DNA from: Chloroflexota bacterium
Lineage (GTDB): Bacteria; Chloroflexota; Dehalococcoidia; Lucifugimonadales; UBA3495
NCBI GenBank assembly: GCA_027623675.1
Contig: JAQBVF010000007.1
Location: 1 to 64,000, forward strand
DNA length: 64,000 nt
Direction of reading: 5' to 3'
In this document: positions 48,355-58,911 of the stretch, in pieces
How positions within the stretch are numbered: the stretch's first letter is position 1
Layout of the letters: every line of letters starts with the position of its first letter
Notes under the pieces: model-generated
The model's input: only the letters and a program-made list of their open reading frames with translations
Told to the model about the DNA's origin: nothing
Database searches by the model: none
Program-made: the position numbers and the translations under genes

Positions 48355-49905
48355 ATGAAGTACGACACGATCGTTGTCGGAGCCGGCTCGGCCGGTTCGA
48401 TCATGGCTTCCCGGCTCAGCGAAGACCCACACCACTCCGTGTTGCTATTGGAAGCCGGGCCGGACTACCCCGAGTTCGAGCACCTGCCCGATGAGGTGAA
48501 GTTCGGTTACGCCACCGCCACCGACATCATGACCAGCGACCACAACTGGCAGTTCTGGGGCAAGGCTACCGAGACTGCCCCGCCCATGATGGTCCCCCGC
48601 GGCAAGGTTACCGGCGGGTCCAGCGCCATCAACGGCCAGGTATTCCTACGGGGAGTGCCCGAGGACTACGACTCCTGGGCGGCCATGGGCAACGACGAGT
48701 GGGCCTTTCCCAATCTCCTGCAGTACTTCAGGAAGATCGAGACGGACACCGACTTTCCCGATGATGACTTCCATAGCTCGGAGGGTCCGATCATAGCCCG
48801 CCGGTTCAAGCAGGACGAGTTGTTGCCCGACCAGTCGGCCTTCCAAGCCGCCTCCCGGGCCGCCGGATTCCCGGAGAGCCCCGACCACAACCATCCCGAG
48901 GCATCAGGCATCGGCCCGATCCCCTTCAACAACCCCAACGGCATCCGGTTCAGCACCGCCCTGGGCTACCTGAACCCGGCCCGGCACCGGCTCAACCTGA
49001 CCATCCGCCCCAACTGCGCCACCCGGCGGATAATCTTCGATGGCAAGCGGGCCGTGGGCGTGGAAGTTGAAAGCGGCGGCGAGCGATTCACCGCCCAAGC
49101 CGACCAGATCGTGCTCAGTTCCGGCGCCATCGGGTCGCCCCACCTCCTGCTGCTGTCGGGTGTCGGCCCGTCCGCCCACCTGCGGGAGATGGGCATACCG
49201 GTGGTGCACGATCTGCCCGGCGTGGGCCAGAACCTGCGCGACCACCCCATGATCTACGTTACTTTCAGGACCAAGGCCAGCTACCCATTGGACGGGTTGG
49301 CGCCCAGGGTCCAGATGGGCCTGCGGTGGACGGCCGATGGCTCGGAGTACCGCAACGACCTGATGATTCTGATGCAGTCCTACGCCACCGAGCGGGTGGA
49401 CCGGGGCGGGGAACGCATGGAGCCGCTGGGCATCCGCATGCTGGGCGTGTTGGACCTGGCCATGGGCTCGGGAGAGTTGAAACTCACATCCGCGGACCCG
49501 GATGAGCAGCCATTCTTGGACTACCGTTATCTGCAGGACCCCTTTGACCGGCAGCGGATGCGGGAGATGGTGCGGACCTGCGTCAACCTGGGACAACATG
49601 AAAGCTTCAAAGACATAGTGGAGCACCGGATCGAGCCAACCGACGAGGAGTTGGCCTCCGACGACGCCCTGGACGCTTTCTGCGCCCGCGACGTCACCAC
49701 CGGTCAGCACATATCGGGCACGTGCAAGATGGGCCCCGCCTCCGACGGCATGGCGGTGGTCGACCAGCACGGCAGGGTGCACGGCCTGGATGGCCTGCGG
49801 ATCGCCGACGCGTCGGTCATGCCCAATTGCATCCGCGCCAACACCAACGTCACCACCATGATGATCGGCGAGCACATGGCCGACTTCATCAAGAATGGAG
49901 GCTAG
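48355..49905 (+). CDS. GMC family oxidoreductase (choline dehydrogenase-like)
   Basis: VGAGSAG, RGKVTGGSSAIN, VGQNLRDHP, GTCKMG and ADASVMP motifs. Confidence 0.92.
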   Translation: MKYDTIVVGAGSAGSIMASRLSEDPHHSVLLLEAGPDYPEFEHLPDEVKFGYATATDIMTSDHNWQFWGKATETAPPMMVPRGKVTGGSSAINGQVFLRGVPEDYDSWAAMGNDEWAFPNLLQYFRKIETDTDFPDDDFHSSEGPIIARRFKQDELLPDQSAFQAASRAAGFPESPDHNHPEASGIGPIPFNNPNGIRFSTALGYLNPARHRLNLTIRPNCATRRIIFDGKRAVGVEVESGGERFTAQADQIVLSSGAIGSPHLLLLSGVGPSAHLREMGIPVVHDLPGVGQNLRDHPMIYVTFRTKASYPLDGLAPRVQMGLRWTADGSEYRNDLMILMQSYATERVDRGGERMEPLGIRMLGVLDLAMGSGELKLTSADPDEQPFLDYRYLQDPFDRQRMREMVRTCVNLGQHESFKDIVEHRIEPTDEELASDDALDAFCARDVTTGQHISGTCKMGPASDGMAVVDQHGRVHGLDGLRIADASVMPNCIRANTNVTTMMIGEHMADFIKNGG

Positions 49906-50041
49906 GCATCAGGGCAAAAAATCAGTCGGGGGTTCTTCTACAGGCTCGGGACGGCAAGATCGACTCTTGATTCTTGGGGACATTGCCCCAACGGTAACTG
50001 TGGGGAAGCGTCAAGGTATGATATTAAAGGCGCCCTTCAAA

Positions 50042-50278
50042 TGTCACGCTGAGTCCTTCGGGAGAAGGGCGAAGGGTCTGCCAAGTTGATGATTGGCAGG
50101 TTCTTCCTCGCTTCACTCGTCAGAATGACATCATTGAGGCGATGCCCTCCCGAAGCGAAATTTTAGGTCTGCCGATCCGTCGGTGAGACTCTCGGCATGG
50201 CCGAAGATCGGGCGCCTAGTCACCGTCCGCTCGTGGTGAGCCCGGTCAAAATCCGCTCGTGGTGAACCCTTCGAACCA
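50042..50278. repeat. Intergenic cluster of REP-like elements (both families)
   Basis: TGTCACGCTGAG...GAAGGGTCT, ...CTCGTCAGAATGACA and two CCGCTCGTGGTGA copies. Confidence 0.5.
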
Positions 50279-50363
50279 TCACTCCGCGTAAACCAATGAG
50301 ATTCATTCGGGAGAACGCCCCACCAACTCCCAGATACCACAACCCGGACAAAGGTGCATAAAC

Positions 50364-51722
50364 ATGGCGACAAACAACAGCGGAAACGGTTCCGGAGCGC
50401 TGGCCCAGGAGAGCCTGGACAGATTCAAACGTGAATTCGACGCCGACCAGACCAAGCGGCTGGTCCAGAACGTGGTGACCCAGCATGACGTTAACGACGT
50501 GGCGCTCAGCCGGTCCATCGTGACCGACTCGCCGCATTCGTTCTCCATCGTGCTGGACGACTGGGCGGTGACCAACCAGGCCCGGACCGGACGCTGCTGG
50601 ATGTTCGCCGGGCTGAACCTGTGCCGGGCCGACACCAGGAACGTGGTCAACGTCAAAGATTTTGAGTTCAGCCAGAACTACCTGATGTTCTGGGACAAGA
50701 TGGAAAGGGCCAATTTCGTATTGGAAGCCATCATCGAGACGGGCGACCGGCCTTCCGACGACCGGACCGTCGCCTTCCTGCTGCGGAGCCCCCTGTCCGA
50801 CGGCGGCCAGTGGGACATGTTCACCGCCCTGGTGGCGAAACACGGCGTCGTCCCCAAAACGTCCATGCCCGAGACTGAAAGCTCCTCTAGCTCGGCCCGG
50901 ATGAACTCCAGCCTGAACTACCAGATGCGGCAGGGCGCCAAGCGCATACGCGACGCCTATGCCGGGGAATCGGGACTGGACGAATTGCGCCATATCAAGA
51001 ACGGCGTGCTAAAGGTCATCTACGACATACTGTGCATCCACCTGGGCACGCCGCCGGCGGAAGTGGACTGGCAATGGAAGGACAAGGACGGCGAGTTCAA
51101 CCGCGCCGGCAAACTGACGCCCCTGGAATTCGCCGCCAACTACCTGAAGACCCCGATCCATGATTACGTCAGCCTGGTGCATGACCCCAGGGAAAGCAGC
51201 CCGGCCGGCGTAACCTTCACGGTGGAGTACCTCGGCAACGTGGTCGATGCGCCGCCGATCAAGTACCTGAACGTGGATATCCAACTCATGAAGGACATCG
51301 CCCTAAAGATGCTGCAGGACGGCAAGCCGGTATGGATGGGCTGCGACACCGGCAAGCAGATGCACCGGGACCTGGGCCTGTGGGACGCCGGCCTGTTCGA
51401 CTACTCCAGCGTCTACGGGGCGGAATTCTCGTTGGACAAGGCCTCGCGGCTGGAATACCACCAGACGGCCATGACCCACGCCATGATGTTCACCGGCGTC
51501 GACTTGGTGGATGGCGTGCCGCGCCGCTGGCGGGTGGAGAACAGTTGGGACGACAAGGTCGGCAACAAAGGATTCTTTTTGATGAACGACTCCTGGTTCG
51601 CCGAGTACATGTTCGAGATCGCCGTGCCCAAGCACTACCTGTCCCCCGAGTTGCAGCAGGCCCTGGAATTGGAGCCGATCGTGCTGCCGGCCTGGGACCC
51701 GATGGGTTCATTGGCGGGGTAA
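50364..51722 (+). CDS. pepC: Aminopeptidase C / bleomycin hydrolase (C1B)
   Basis: NQARTGRCWMFA, THAM and VENSW catalytic motifs. Confidence 0.93.
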   Translation: MATNNSGNGSGALAQESLDRFKREFDADQTKRLVQNVVTQHDVNDVALSRSIVTDSPHSFSIVLDDWAVTNQARTGRCWMFAGLNLCRADTRNVVNVKDFEFSQNYLMFWDKMERANFVLEAIIETGDRPSDDRTVAFLLRSPLSDGGQWDMFTALVAKHGVVPKTSMPETESSSSSARMNSSLNYQMRQGAKRIRDAYAGESGLDELRHIKNGVLKVIYDILCIHLGTPPAEVDWQWKDKDGEFNRAGKLTPLEFAANYLKTPIHDYVSLVHDPRESSPAGVTFTVEYLGNVVDAPPIKYLNVDIQLMKDIALKMLQDGKPVWMGCDTGKQMHRDLGLWDAGLFDYSSVYGAEFSLDKASRLEYHQTAMTHAMMFTGVDLVDGVPRRWRVENSWDDKVGNKGFFLMNDSWFAEYMFEIAVPKHYLSPELQQALELEPIVLPAWDPMGSLAG

Positions 51723-51767
51723 GCCACCGCCTCAAGGCACTGATATTCGTAGACCTCGGAGGACCTG

Positions 51768-52286
51768 ATGCCCAGAGTCGCATTGGACCTGAACAACGGG
51801 GAAGACCGGAAAAAGGTAAAAGGGGAATGGCGGGTTGGCGAGGGTTTCGTGCCTGGAGAGCCCAACGAGGGGCTGACCGCCCGACTGCTGGCCGTCCCGG
51901 CCCGGACCGCCGATTTTGACGATTCTAGCTGGCCGGTGTGCCCCGACATCCGGCGGAGCCTGTCGGTGGGCTTCACATTCGCCTGGTACCGCATCACGGT
52001 GGAACTACCCCAGGAAGCCAACGGGATGCCGGTGGCGGGCGCGCGGCTTTGGTTCGAGACCAACATCGATAACTACGGCGAGATCTGGGTGAACGGACAG
52101 ATCGACCGAAACGCCGGGGTGATCGTCGGCATCAACGCCCCGCAGCGTGTCGAGCTGGCCACCAGCGCCACACCCGGTGACAAGTATGTGATCGCCTGCC
52201 TGGTGGCCAACGGCCCTCTGGCCGAGCCCCGGGGAGGCATCTTCATGCGCTTTGCCACGCTGGCGCTGGAGACCACCGACGATTAG
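51768..52286 (+). CDS. Hypothetical protein, galactose-binding-like jelly-roll (tentative)
   Basis: FDDSSW, AWYRITVELP and IDNYGEIWVNG resemble GH2-type sugar-binding domains. Confidence 0.55.
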   Translation: MPRVALDLNNGEDRKKVKGEWRVGEGFVPGEPNEGLTARLLAVPARTADFDDSSWPVCPDIRRSLSVGFTFAWYRITVELPQEANGMPVAGARLWFETNIDNYGEIWVNGQIDRNAGVIVGINAPQRVELATSATPGDKYVIACLVANGPLAEPRGGIFMRFATLALETTDD

Positions 52287-52391
52287 GGGGCACAGCCCCT
52301 TTCATGCGCTTGGCGGGTCCGGCCCCTAAATCTTATTAGCGACCGGAACAATCTTCTTTAGCAACGGCCCCATCAAGGAGTGCCCATAGTT

Positions 52392-53066
52392 ATGGTTAGA
52401 AAGAAAGGTTCAGCATTGTTGCTGGTGTTCACCGACGTTGACGTCGAACACGACGCGGAATTCAATTCCTGGTACAACGAGGAGCATCTGCCGGAGCGGC
52501 TCAGCGCACCGGGATTCTTGGACGGCGCCAGATACCAGGCGGTCAAGGGCGGGCCTCGTTACCTGGCGGTCTACGAACTGGAGTCGGCGGAGGCCTTGCA
52601 ATCCCCTGAGTACAAACATCAGTCCCAGAATCCCACTGAACGGACCAAACGCTTTTCCCCCAGCGCGATCGGCCGGGGAACGGTGCGCAGTGTTTGCACC
52701 CAGATATACCCCGCCGAGAGCGACCCCGGCACCGTAGGCCGGGGCATGGCTCCGGCGCTGCAGATCGGGCGGATGGACGTGCCTTCGGACATAGAGGCCA
52801 GGTATAACGACTACTACGACAACACCCGCACCCCCGGCAACCTGAAAGTGCCCGGCTGCCTCTTCGTCCGCCGCTACCACGTGGTCGAAGGACAACCGGG
52901 GTACCTGACCATGTACGAATTCGAGCACGAGAAGGTTCCCGAGTCGCTGGCGTGGGAAGAACACCGGAAGCAGGACACCATGCACGAATACATCGGGGGC
53001 AGTTACGGCCACGCCGCCGGGTCGCCGGGGGTGTACCGGCGCATAATGCCGCCCCGGCCTTTCTAG
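52392..53066 (+). CDS. Hypothetical two-domain DUF4286/EthD-like protein
   Basis: Duplicated motif: FNSWYNEEH.PERL..PGF...RY and YNDYYDNTR.PGNL.VPG...RY. Confidence 0.65.
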   Translation: MVRKKGSALLLVFTDVDVEHDAEFNSWYNEEHLPERLSAPGFLDGARYQAVKGGPRYLAVYELESAEALQSPEYKHQSQNPTERTKRFSPSAIGRGTVRSVCTQIYPAESDPGTVGRGMAPALQIGRMDVPSDIEARYNDYYDNTRTPGNLKVPGCLFVRRYHVVEGQPGYLTMYEFEHEKVPESLAWEEHRKQDTMHEYIGGSYGHAAGSPGVYRRIMPPRPF

Positions 53067-54100
53067 TCTTTGATCGCCGGCTGTAACTCCGAAAGCAGGG
53101 GCAGCCGGTAGGCCTTGGCGGCAGCGTCATGGAACAGGAGCGTCCGCTCGGCGGCGGTGAAGTCCTGAGTCATGATCTTGAAGGAATTCCAGACCGCCGT
53201 ATAAGAGTAGGAATTCTTGTCCACCGGAAAGTTGCTCTCAAACATGCAGCGTTCCGGACCGAACGCCTCGATGGTGTGCCGGTAATACGGCGCCGTGGCC
53301 TGGACAAGCTCAGCGGAGTCCGGCGGCTTGGGCTGGGTGTCCCATCCGAACCCGCTGATCCGGTTGCCCAGTCCTCCCACCTTGACCACCACGTTGGGGC
53401 ATGCGGCCATCGCCGTCATATCCCGCTGCCACGCCTGAAATACCTCATCACGACGGCCGGCGTAGGGGCCTAGGCCCAAGGGACGCCCGATGTGGTTCAG
53501 GATGATGACCGCGCCGGGGAAGGCGTTGGCCAGGTCCACCAACTCCAGCAGTTGATGATGGTAGACCAGGGCGTCGAAGCCGTGGCCCCTGCGCTGTAGG
53601 ACGTCGAATCCCTGCCTGAATTTGGGGTCGGACAACATGCCGGGGCCGGCCATCCGGGGGGAACGCAACTCGGGGTTCTCGTCCCAACTGCAGGTGTAGC
53701 GGATGCCGCGGAAACGCCCGCTGCTGGCCTGGTCCAGGGCCTCTAAAACCGGCTCGACCGCGGCGCCCAAGCCCAGGTCGGCATAGCCCACGATCCCGGC
53801 GGCGAGCCGGGTGGGGCCGTAAAGCCCGCTGTCGCCTTGGGCGGCGATGCCACGGACAAACTCCACCTCGCCGACGGACCGCATCTCCTCCAGCCCCGAT
53901 GCCCGGTACATCGAGTCGCACTCCACGAACACGGTCTGCACGACATTGTGTCCCGAGGCGAAGTCACCCGTAACCTCGTCGATCATGTAACGGTCGGCGG
54001 GTTTATCCCACAGATGGTGGTGGGGGTCCAAGATCGGCAGTTCCGGCTCCAGGGCCTCTTCCTCGGTCAACTTAAGCCAGGCGTCACGTTCCGCTGTCAT
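53063..54100 (-). CDS. Amidohydrolase family protein (amidohydro_2)
   Basis: DPHHHLW, LNHIG and FGPERCMFESNFPVD motifs. Confidence 0.88.
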   Translation of the reverse strand: MTAERDAWLKLTEEEALEPELPILDPHHHLWDKPADRYMIDEVTGDFASGHNVVQTVFVECDSMYRASGLEEMRSVGEVEFVRGIAAQGDSGLYGPTRLAAGIVGYADLGLGAAVEPVLEALDQASSGRFRGIRYTCSWDENPELRSPRMAGPGMLSDPKFRQGFDVLQRRGHGFDALVYHHQLLELVDLANAFPGAVIILNHIGRPLGLGPYAGRRDEVFQAWQRDMTAMAACPNVVVKVGGLGNRISGFGWDTQPKPPDSAELVQATAPYYRHTIEAFGPERCMFESNFPVDKNSYSYTAVWNSFKIMTQDFTAAERTLLFHDAAAKAYRLPLLSELQPAIKD

Positions 54101-54296
54101 CTGCTCTCCTTAAGTCATTGCCGGTCCATCCGGCGCTTTGGGTCTGGCGATGATTCGAGTTCGGCGCCTCCGAAATATACCGGGCGGCTACCGATTCCAC
54201 ACGGAATCCTAACGCTCGGATGTTCAAATCCATCCACAAGGCGTTTAACATAAGATTAGCTAAAAAAAGGATCATCACCCTGGAGATGGAACTACA

Positions 54297-54584
54297 ATGA
54301 CAATCAAAGCCTTTGCTCCGAAGCAAGCTGTTCATCCATTGATTGCCGCGCAGGAAGCCGTCAACCCAGCAGTATTGGAGGTGGTCCAGGAATCAGATGT
54401 TTCGGCGAACGCGCTCTCAGCCGCCGAGGCCGCCCAGAAGTCGGCCGAAAGCGACCTGGCCGCCGTCCGGGAATTGTGGACCGAGCTGGCCTCGATGCGC
54501 CCCGACCTCTTGGCCGAGTCCGATCCTGAACCGACGCCACATTCCTCCGACATCGAGGGACTGATATCGAAGGGCGCGGTCTAA
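54297..54584 (+). CDS. Small hypothetical protein
   Basis: 95-aa ORF with host-like codon usage and GGAG upstream. Confidence 0.45.
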   Translation: MTIKAFAPKQAVHPLIAAQEAVNPAVLEVVQESDVSANALSAAEAAQKSAESDLAAVRELWTELASMRPDLLAESDPEPTPHSSDIEGLISKGAV

Positions 54585-54675
54585 GCGCCGCCGTTAACCG
54601 GGCTCTTTTACTCCGGCGTCACGCCCGGCCGTAACCAACTTTCTAGCTACCCCCCGAGCAGACCAGCTAGCAAAC

Positions 54676-55476
54676 CTACAGGCCCACCAGCTCCCTGAAA
54701 TTCTCGCCCAAGATGCGTTCTTTGGCGGCGTCGGGCACCGGCAAACTCTCGATGAACTCGGCGTCCTTCGCCATATCAGCCAGCGGGAAATCGGTGCCGA
54801 AACAGACCTTGTCCGGCCCGTGCTTGTTGATGATGGCCGTCAGGGTGTCCGTGCCAACCTCTTTCAGCTCCGGCGGCCAGGTGGTGTCGATCAGGATGTT
54901 GTCCCGGCCGATCAACTCCCGCTCCGACTCGTCCAGCATGTAGAACCCGCCCAGGTGGAGCGCGATCACCTTCAGTTTGGGGAACTGCCGCACCATGTTC
55001 ATCACCCGGCCGGGCGGCGAGTAGACCGTGTCTCCCGGTTTGGTGTGTGCCCAGCGGCCCGAGTGTATCTCCACCACCATGTCGTCGCCCAGTTCCTCGT
55101 ATAGCGGGAACATCTTTGGGTCGTCCGGGAAGAACCGGTTCACCATGGGGTGCAGTTTCACGCCCTTGATGCCGGCGTCGCGCAGACGGCGTATCTCGCC
55201 GGGCAGGTCTTCCATATCGGGGTGGACCGCTCCGAAGGGCACCAGCATTTCGTCTTGGATGCTGATCAGCCAGTCGTTGGCCGGTTTCACGTGTTCCAGC
55301 CGCTCCACCACACCCAGCACCACCGATTTGTCCACTCCGGACGCGCGCATGTGGGCCTTGATGCCGTCGATCGTGTTGATACCCACGGCTGGATAGCCGA
55401 AGGTCTCGGTCATGTTCTCCAGCACCGGCGCGGCGATGCGGTCAGGGGAGATGTGGGTGTGGACGTCTATTCGCAT
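54676..55476 (-). CDS. Amidohydrolase family protein
   Basis: MRIDVHTH, GVKLHP, ALHLGG and FGTDFP motifs. The true start is 55476. Confidence 0.88.
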   Translation of the reverse strand: MRIDVHTHISPDRIAAPVLENMTETFGYPAVGINTIDGIKAHMRASGVDKSVVLGVVERLEHVKPANDWLISIQDEMLVPFGAVHPDMEDLPGEIRRLRDAGIKGVKLHPMVNRFFPDDPKMFPLYEELGDDMVVEIHSGRWAHTKPGDTVYSPPGRVMNMVRQFPKLKVIALHLGGFYMLDESERELIGRDNILIDTTWPPELKEVGTDTLTAIINKHGPDKVCFGTDFPLADMAKDAEFIESLPVPDAAKERILGENFRELVGL

Positions 55477-55480
55477 CTGG

Positions 55481-56323
55481 CTACCCCAACATCTCCTCGG
55501 CCAGCTTCTCCAGGCCGGAAAGTCCTTCGCCGGGGGCGGTGGATGGCAGGCGGACGGTGGCCATGGTGGCGCCGGCCTCTTCCATCTGCTTGATCTCGTC
55601 GCGGCTGGACGCGCCGTAGACCATGATCTGGATGCTGTCGGGGTCGCGGCCCGCGGCGTCGGCCAGTTCGTCCAGCGACGCCCGGCCCGCCCGCACGCTG
55701 TCGGGGGTGGCGCGCACCGGCATCCAGCCGTCGCCGTAGGTGACAACGCGCTTGAACACATTGGAGGCCGCGCCGCCCAGGAACACCGGGGGATGTGGCT
55801 TCTGGGCCGGCTTGGGGAACACCCTGACCTTGGGGAAGTCGTAGTAATGGCCGTGGTACTCGGCCTCGTCCTTGGTCCACATCTCTTTCATCGCTTCGAC
55901 GGCTTCCCGCGCCTGGGTCCAGCGGTGGTCGAAGTCGCCGCCCATGATCTCGGTTTCCTCGCGCAGCCAGCCGGTGCCGATCCCGAATATGAACCGGCCG
56001 CCGGAGTGGTAGTCCAGCGCCGCGATCTGCTTGGCCTGGACCAGCGGGTTGTGCTCGGGGATCAGGCAGATGCTGGTGCCAAGCATGATCTTGCTGGTGG
56101 TGGCGGAGGCGATGGCCAGGCTGATGAACGGGTCGGCCATATCGTTCATCGACTCGGGGATACTTCCGTCTGGCGTGCCCCCGTATTTGGAGGTGGTATG
56201 GACGGGGATTATGGGATGCTCGGCCATCCAGATGGACTCGAACCCCAGGTCTTCCGCCTTCTTGGCCAGTGCGCCGATGTCCATTGATCCGCTATTTACG
56301 GCCACGTTTACGCCGATTTTCAT
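55481..56323 (-). CDS. LLM class F420-dependent oxidoreductase
   Basis: GFESIWMAEH, DPFISLA, SGGRFIFGIGTGW and PKPAQKPHPP motifs. Confidence 0.92.
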   Translation of the reverse strand: MKIGVNVAVNSGSMDIGALAKKAEDLGFESIWMAEHPIIPVHTTSKYGGTPDGSIPESMNDMADPFISLAIASATTSKIMLGTSICLIPEHNPLVQAKQIAALDYHSGGRFIFGIGTGWLREETEIMGGDFDHRWTQAREAVEAMKEMWTKDEAEYHGHYYDFPKVRVFPKPAQKPHPPVFLGGAASNVFKRVVTYGDGWMPVRATPDSVRAGRASLDELADAAGRDPDSIQIMVYGASSRDEIKQMEEAGATMATVRLPSTAPGEGLSGLEKLAEEMLG

Positions 56324-56482
56324 CGCATCTCCTCCGATCGTTCTGCCTGGTGATTAGCCCGGTGAAAAAGTGCCCCGATGGTACCACGCCTGGCTCGTAT
56401 CAGTCGATTAATAATCAGACGGACTCAAAATACGGGGAAAGATAAGTTGGATTACAGCAATCGTATGATAAGATATTTCGGT

Positions 56483-57043
56483 ATGCAGCAGACACAGGAA
56501 CAACCCCTCCACCGAGACGACCACCGGACCAAGCTGAATCTAACGATTATCTTCGCGTCGATCGTCGCCGTGATTGGCATCTTCGGCCAACCGGTGCTGT
56601 TCGTGATGGGCGTCGGTGTGATGATTTACAGCTGGCTGACCAATCCGAAGCAGTACCTGATCTACCGCGACGCCTTGGTTATCATCTACGGCAAACCCAG
56701 GATCAAGGCCTTCCCCTTCCAAGAGATATCCCACCTGGAGACATTATCGCTGCCGATCGGCGAGCGGCTTCGGGTGCGCATGGTGAACGGCCGCCGTATC
56801 ATGCTGATGACCAAGGACCCGGAGACGTTCCGGGCCAAGCTGGACGAAGCTCTGGAGGCATTCCACGGCGAACAGCAGGGAACGGACTACAACCGGCCCC
56901 AAGAAAACCGGTCAAACGGCGGTCAGCCCGAGTTGACCGATACCGGATACCAACAGGAAGCCCAAGCCGATGCAACGCCGGAAGCGCCCCCTGAAGAGCA
57001 TCGGGGCGAGAGTTCAACCGAGAACGACGACGTTCCCTACTAG
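56483..57043 (+). CDS. Hypothetical membrane protein (2 TM plus PH-like domain, tentative)
   Basis: Two hydrophobic segments, then a beta-rich region and an acidic tail; start uncertain. Confidence 0.55.
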   Translation: MQQTQEQPLHRDDHRTKLNLTIIFASIVAVIGIFGQPVLFVMGVGVMIYSWLTNPKQYLIYRDALVIIYGKPRIKAFPFQEISHLETLSLPIGERLRVRMVNGRRIMLMTKDPETFRAKLDEALEAFHGEQQGTDYNRPQENRSNGGQPELTDTGYQQEAQADATPEAPPEEHRGESSTENDDVPY

Positions 57044-57075
57044 CGTCCGCCCGAGGGTTTTCAACCAGCAATACT

Positions 57076-57106
57076 GCCCGGCCTCGACAAAATGGCCGGG
57101 CTTTTT
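57076..57106 (+). terminator. Rho-independent terminator
   Basis: GCCCGGCC/GGCCGGGC stem followed by TTTTT. Confidence 0.7.
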
Positions 57107-57145
57107 GTTGCCTATCTTTGGGCGGACTGCCCGGCAAGAAGCCGG

Positions 57146-58198
57146 TTAAGGAAGCTGAATCTCTTTGGTGACTGCGGTGGTGTCGCCGAAGTTGCCGCAG
57201 TATAGGACGTGGTACGGCTCAGGCCCTCCGGAAACCGCCACGATTATGTCGTCGGCGGACCGGCAGGGGCACACCAGGTCGCCGTCCATGGCGAAGCCGT
57301 CCTCGTAGGTGATTACCGAAGTCTCCTTGGGAAACCGGTCGATGGGCACCTTGCTGCGCTCGAATAGCTCCTGCTTGACCATCTGCTTGTTGTAGCCATT
57401 TTCCGCGAAGATACGGGAGTGACCGGGCGTAAGTATCACCAGCGGGTTGCCGGCGGCCAACAGGTAGTTGTTGTCGCTGATGTCGGCCATGGCGCTGGCG
57501 ATCATGGTCAGGAAGCTCTCCGGCTCCTTATAGAAGGTGAGGCAGTTGCTGTAGCCCTGCGCTCCCACCACGGTGACCGTGCTCTGCTCCGGCGAGAAAC
57601 CGCGCTCCACATGCAGCGGCTCCCAGACGTTGTCCTCTTCGTTCTCGCCCATGCAGGCGCTGAACTTGGCGGCGCTGCCGTGGACCGCCATGTCGGTGGA
57701 CCAGGGTTTGGCCCCGCCCACGTTCAGCAGCAACAGGCGCAGCGCGCGTCCGATGGTGGCGTTGGCCCGGTAGCCCGGCCCCAATGTGCCTCGGCCGCTG
57801 TTCAACCCGATCCGGCCTCGCACCGGACCGTTCACGATCATGAGCGGCGACGCCGGGTTGGTGGTGGTCTGCAGGCCGTGGATGTTGAAGGCCGGTTCGG
57901 TTACCGCCTGCACGGCGGCGATGAGGACAGGCATGTATTCCGGGAGACAACCAGCCATCACGGCGTTCACCGCGATCTTCTCAACCGTGGCGGCGCCGGC
58001 GTCGGGATTGATGTAACCCACCAACTCCGACGCATCCCGCCCCGCGTATTCCAGCATGGCCCGCACGCGGTCTGCGGTGGGCGGTATCACCGGCAGCCCG
58101 TCGGACCAGCCCTGGTCGATCATGAACTGGAATACGGCTTCGGGGGAGTCTTCGGACAATTCCATCTGAGACGAAGTGAGGCGCGGGTCTACTGCCAT
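57146..58198 (-). CDS. Conserved uncharacterised protein usually adjacent to or fused with UGSC (seleno)proteins
   Basis: GWSDGLPVIPPT, ATVEKIAVNAVMAGC, RANATIGRA and ENEE..WEPLHVERG family motifs. Confidence 0.75.
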   Translation of the reverse strand: MAVDPRLTSSQMELSEDSPEAVFQFMIDQGWSDGLPVIPPTADRVRAMLEYAGRDASELVGYINPDAGAATVEKIAVNAVMAGCLPEYMPVLIAAVQAVTEPAFNIHGLQTTTNPASPLMIVNGPVRGRIGLNSGRGTLGPGYRANATIGRALRLLLLNVGGAKPWSTDMAVHGSAAKFSACMGENEEDNVWEPLHVERGFSPEQSTVTVVGAQGYSNCLTFYKEPESFLTMIASAMADISDNNYLLAAGNPLVILTPGHSRIFAENGYNKQMVKQELFERSKVPIDRFPKETSVITYEDGFAMDGDLVCPCRSADDIIVAVSGGPEPYHVLYCGNFGDTTAVTKEIQLP

Positions 58199-58360
58199 CC
58201 GTTACTCCTGTTTACAAACGTCTCAAAACAAAACCACTCCCTCCGATTCAATTGGAAGGAGCTGCGAGAATCCTAGCTGGATCCAGTTTTTATCGTTCCC
58301 TGGGAGATCCGTCGATCTCTTAAAGAGGCCCACGGCTCCCGCACGGGGCGAAAGCCAGGC

Positions 58361-58569
58361 CTACAGGCTCTTCGCCCTGTGGTCCAGGACGGCCCTCACT
58401 TGGGCGTCGGTCACCCCAGGGAACCATTCAAGAAACTGCGATGTCTGGGCCCCGTCCTCCAGATTCTCGAACAGCGCGGAAACCGGAACGCGGTTGCCAC
58501 GAAATACCCAATCGCCGCTAACCCGCTGCAAAAAAGCACAACTGCTGCGCACGAAGACCAATCCAACAT
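58361..58569 (-). pseudogene. DUF433-family antitoxin, frameshifted
   Basis: ATG 58569 gives MLDWSSCAAV, while RVSGDWVFRGNRVPVSALFENLEDG...FLEWFPGV is in another frame. The shift is near the A6 run at about 58529-58534. Confidence 0.7.
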
Positions 58570-58686
58570 AGCCAAATTTTACCTGCCGTATATCCGCCGT
58601 TCAATTCGTCTAAATGCCTTCATCCCAACAACAAGTTTGTTGGGGGCCTCATCATCCGCAAACTCTGATCAATCTTTCCACACATA

Positions 58687-58906
58687 TCAGCGCCCTTGGA
58701 GAAACTCTTGGACGGTCATGTCTCTGGCGACCTGTCTGAGCAGTGGCGGGGCGATATCCCGGCCTTGATGAAATGGGGACCGTGGTTGCGCGTCCATCGA
58801 GGTGTCCATTTCGCCGGTGCGATCCCCGTCTGCGAACCTCGACGAAACCAAAGCGAACCAGAATCGCGGCAACTTCGCGGGGGCGCAATACCGGGGAGTT
58901 ACGCAT
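58687..58906 (-). pseudogene. hicA: HicA-family toxin, frameshifted
   Basis: MRNSPVLRPREV...GFVEVRRRGSH...DGRATTVP continues as FHQGRDIAPPLLRQVARD in another frame. The shift is at a C4 run near 58775. Confidence 0.78.
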
Positions 58907-58911
58907 GCTGG

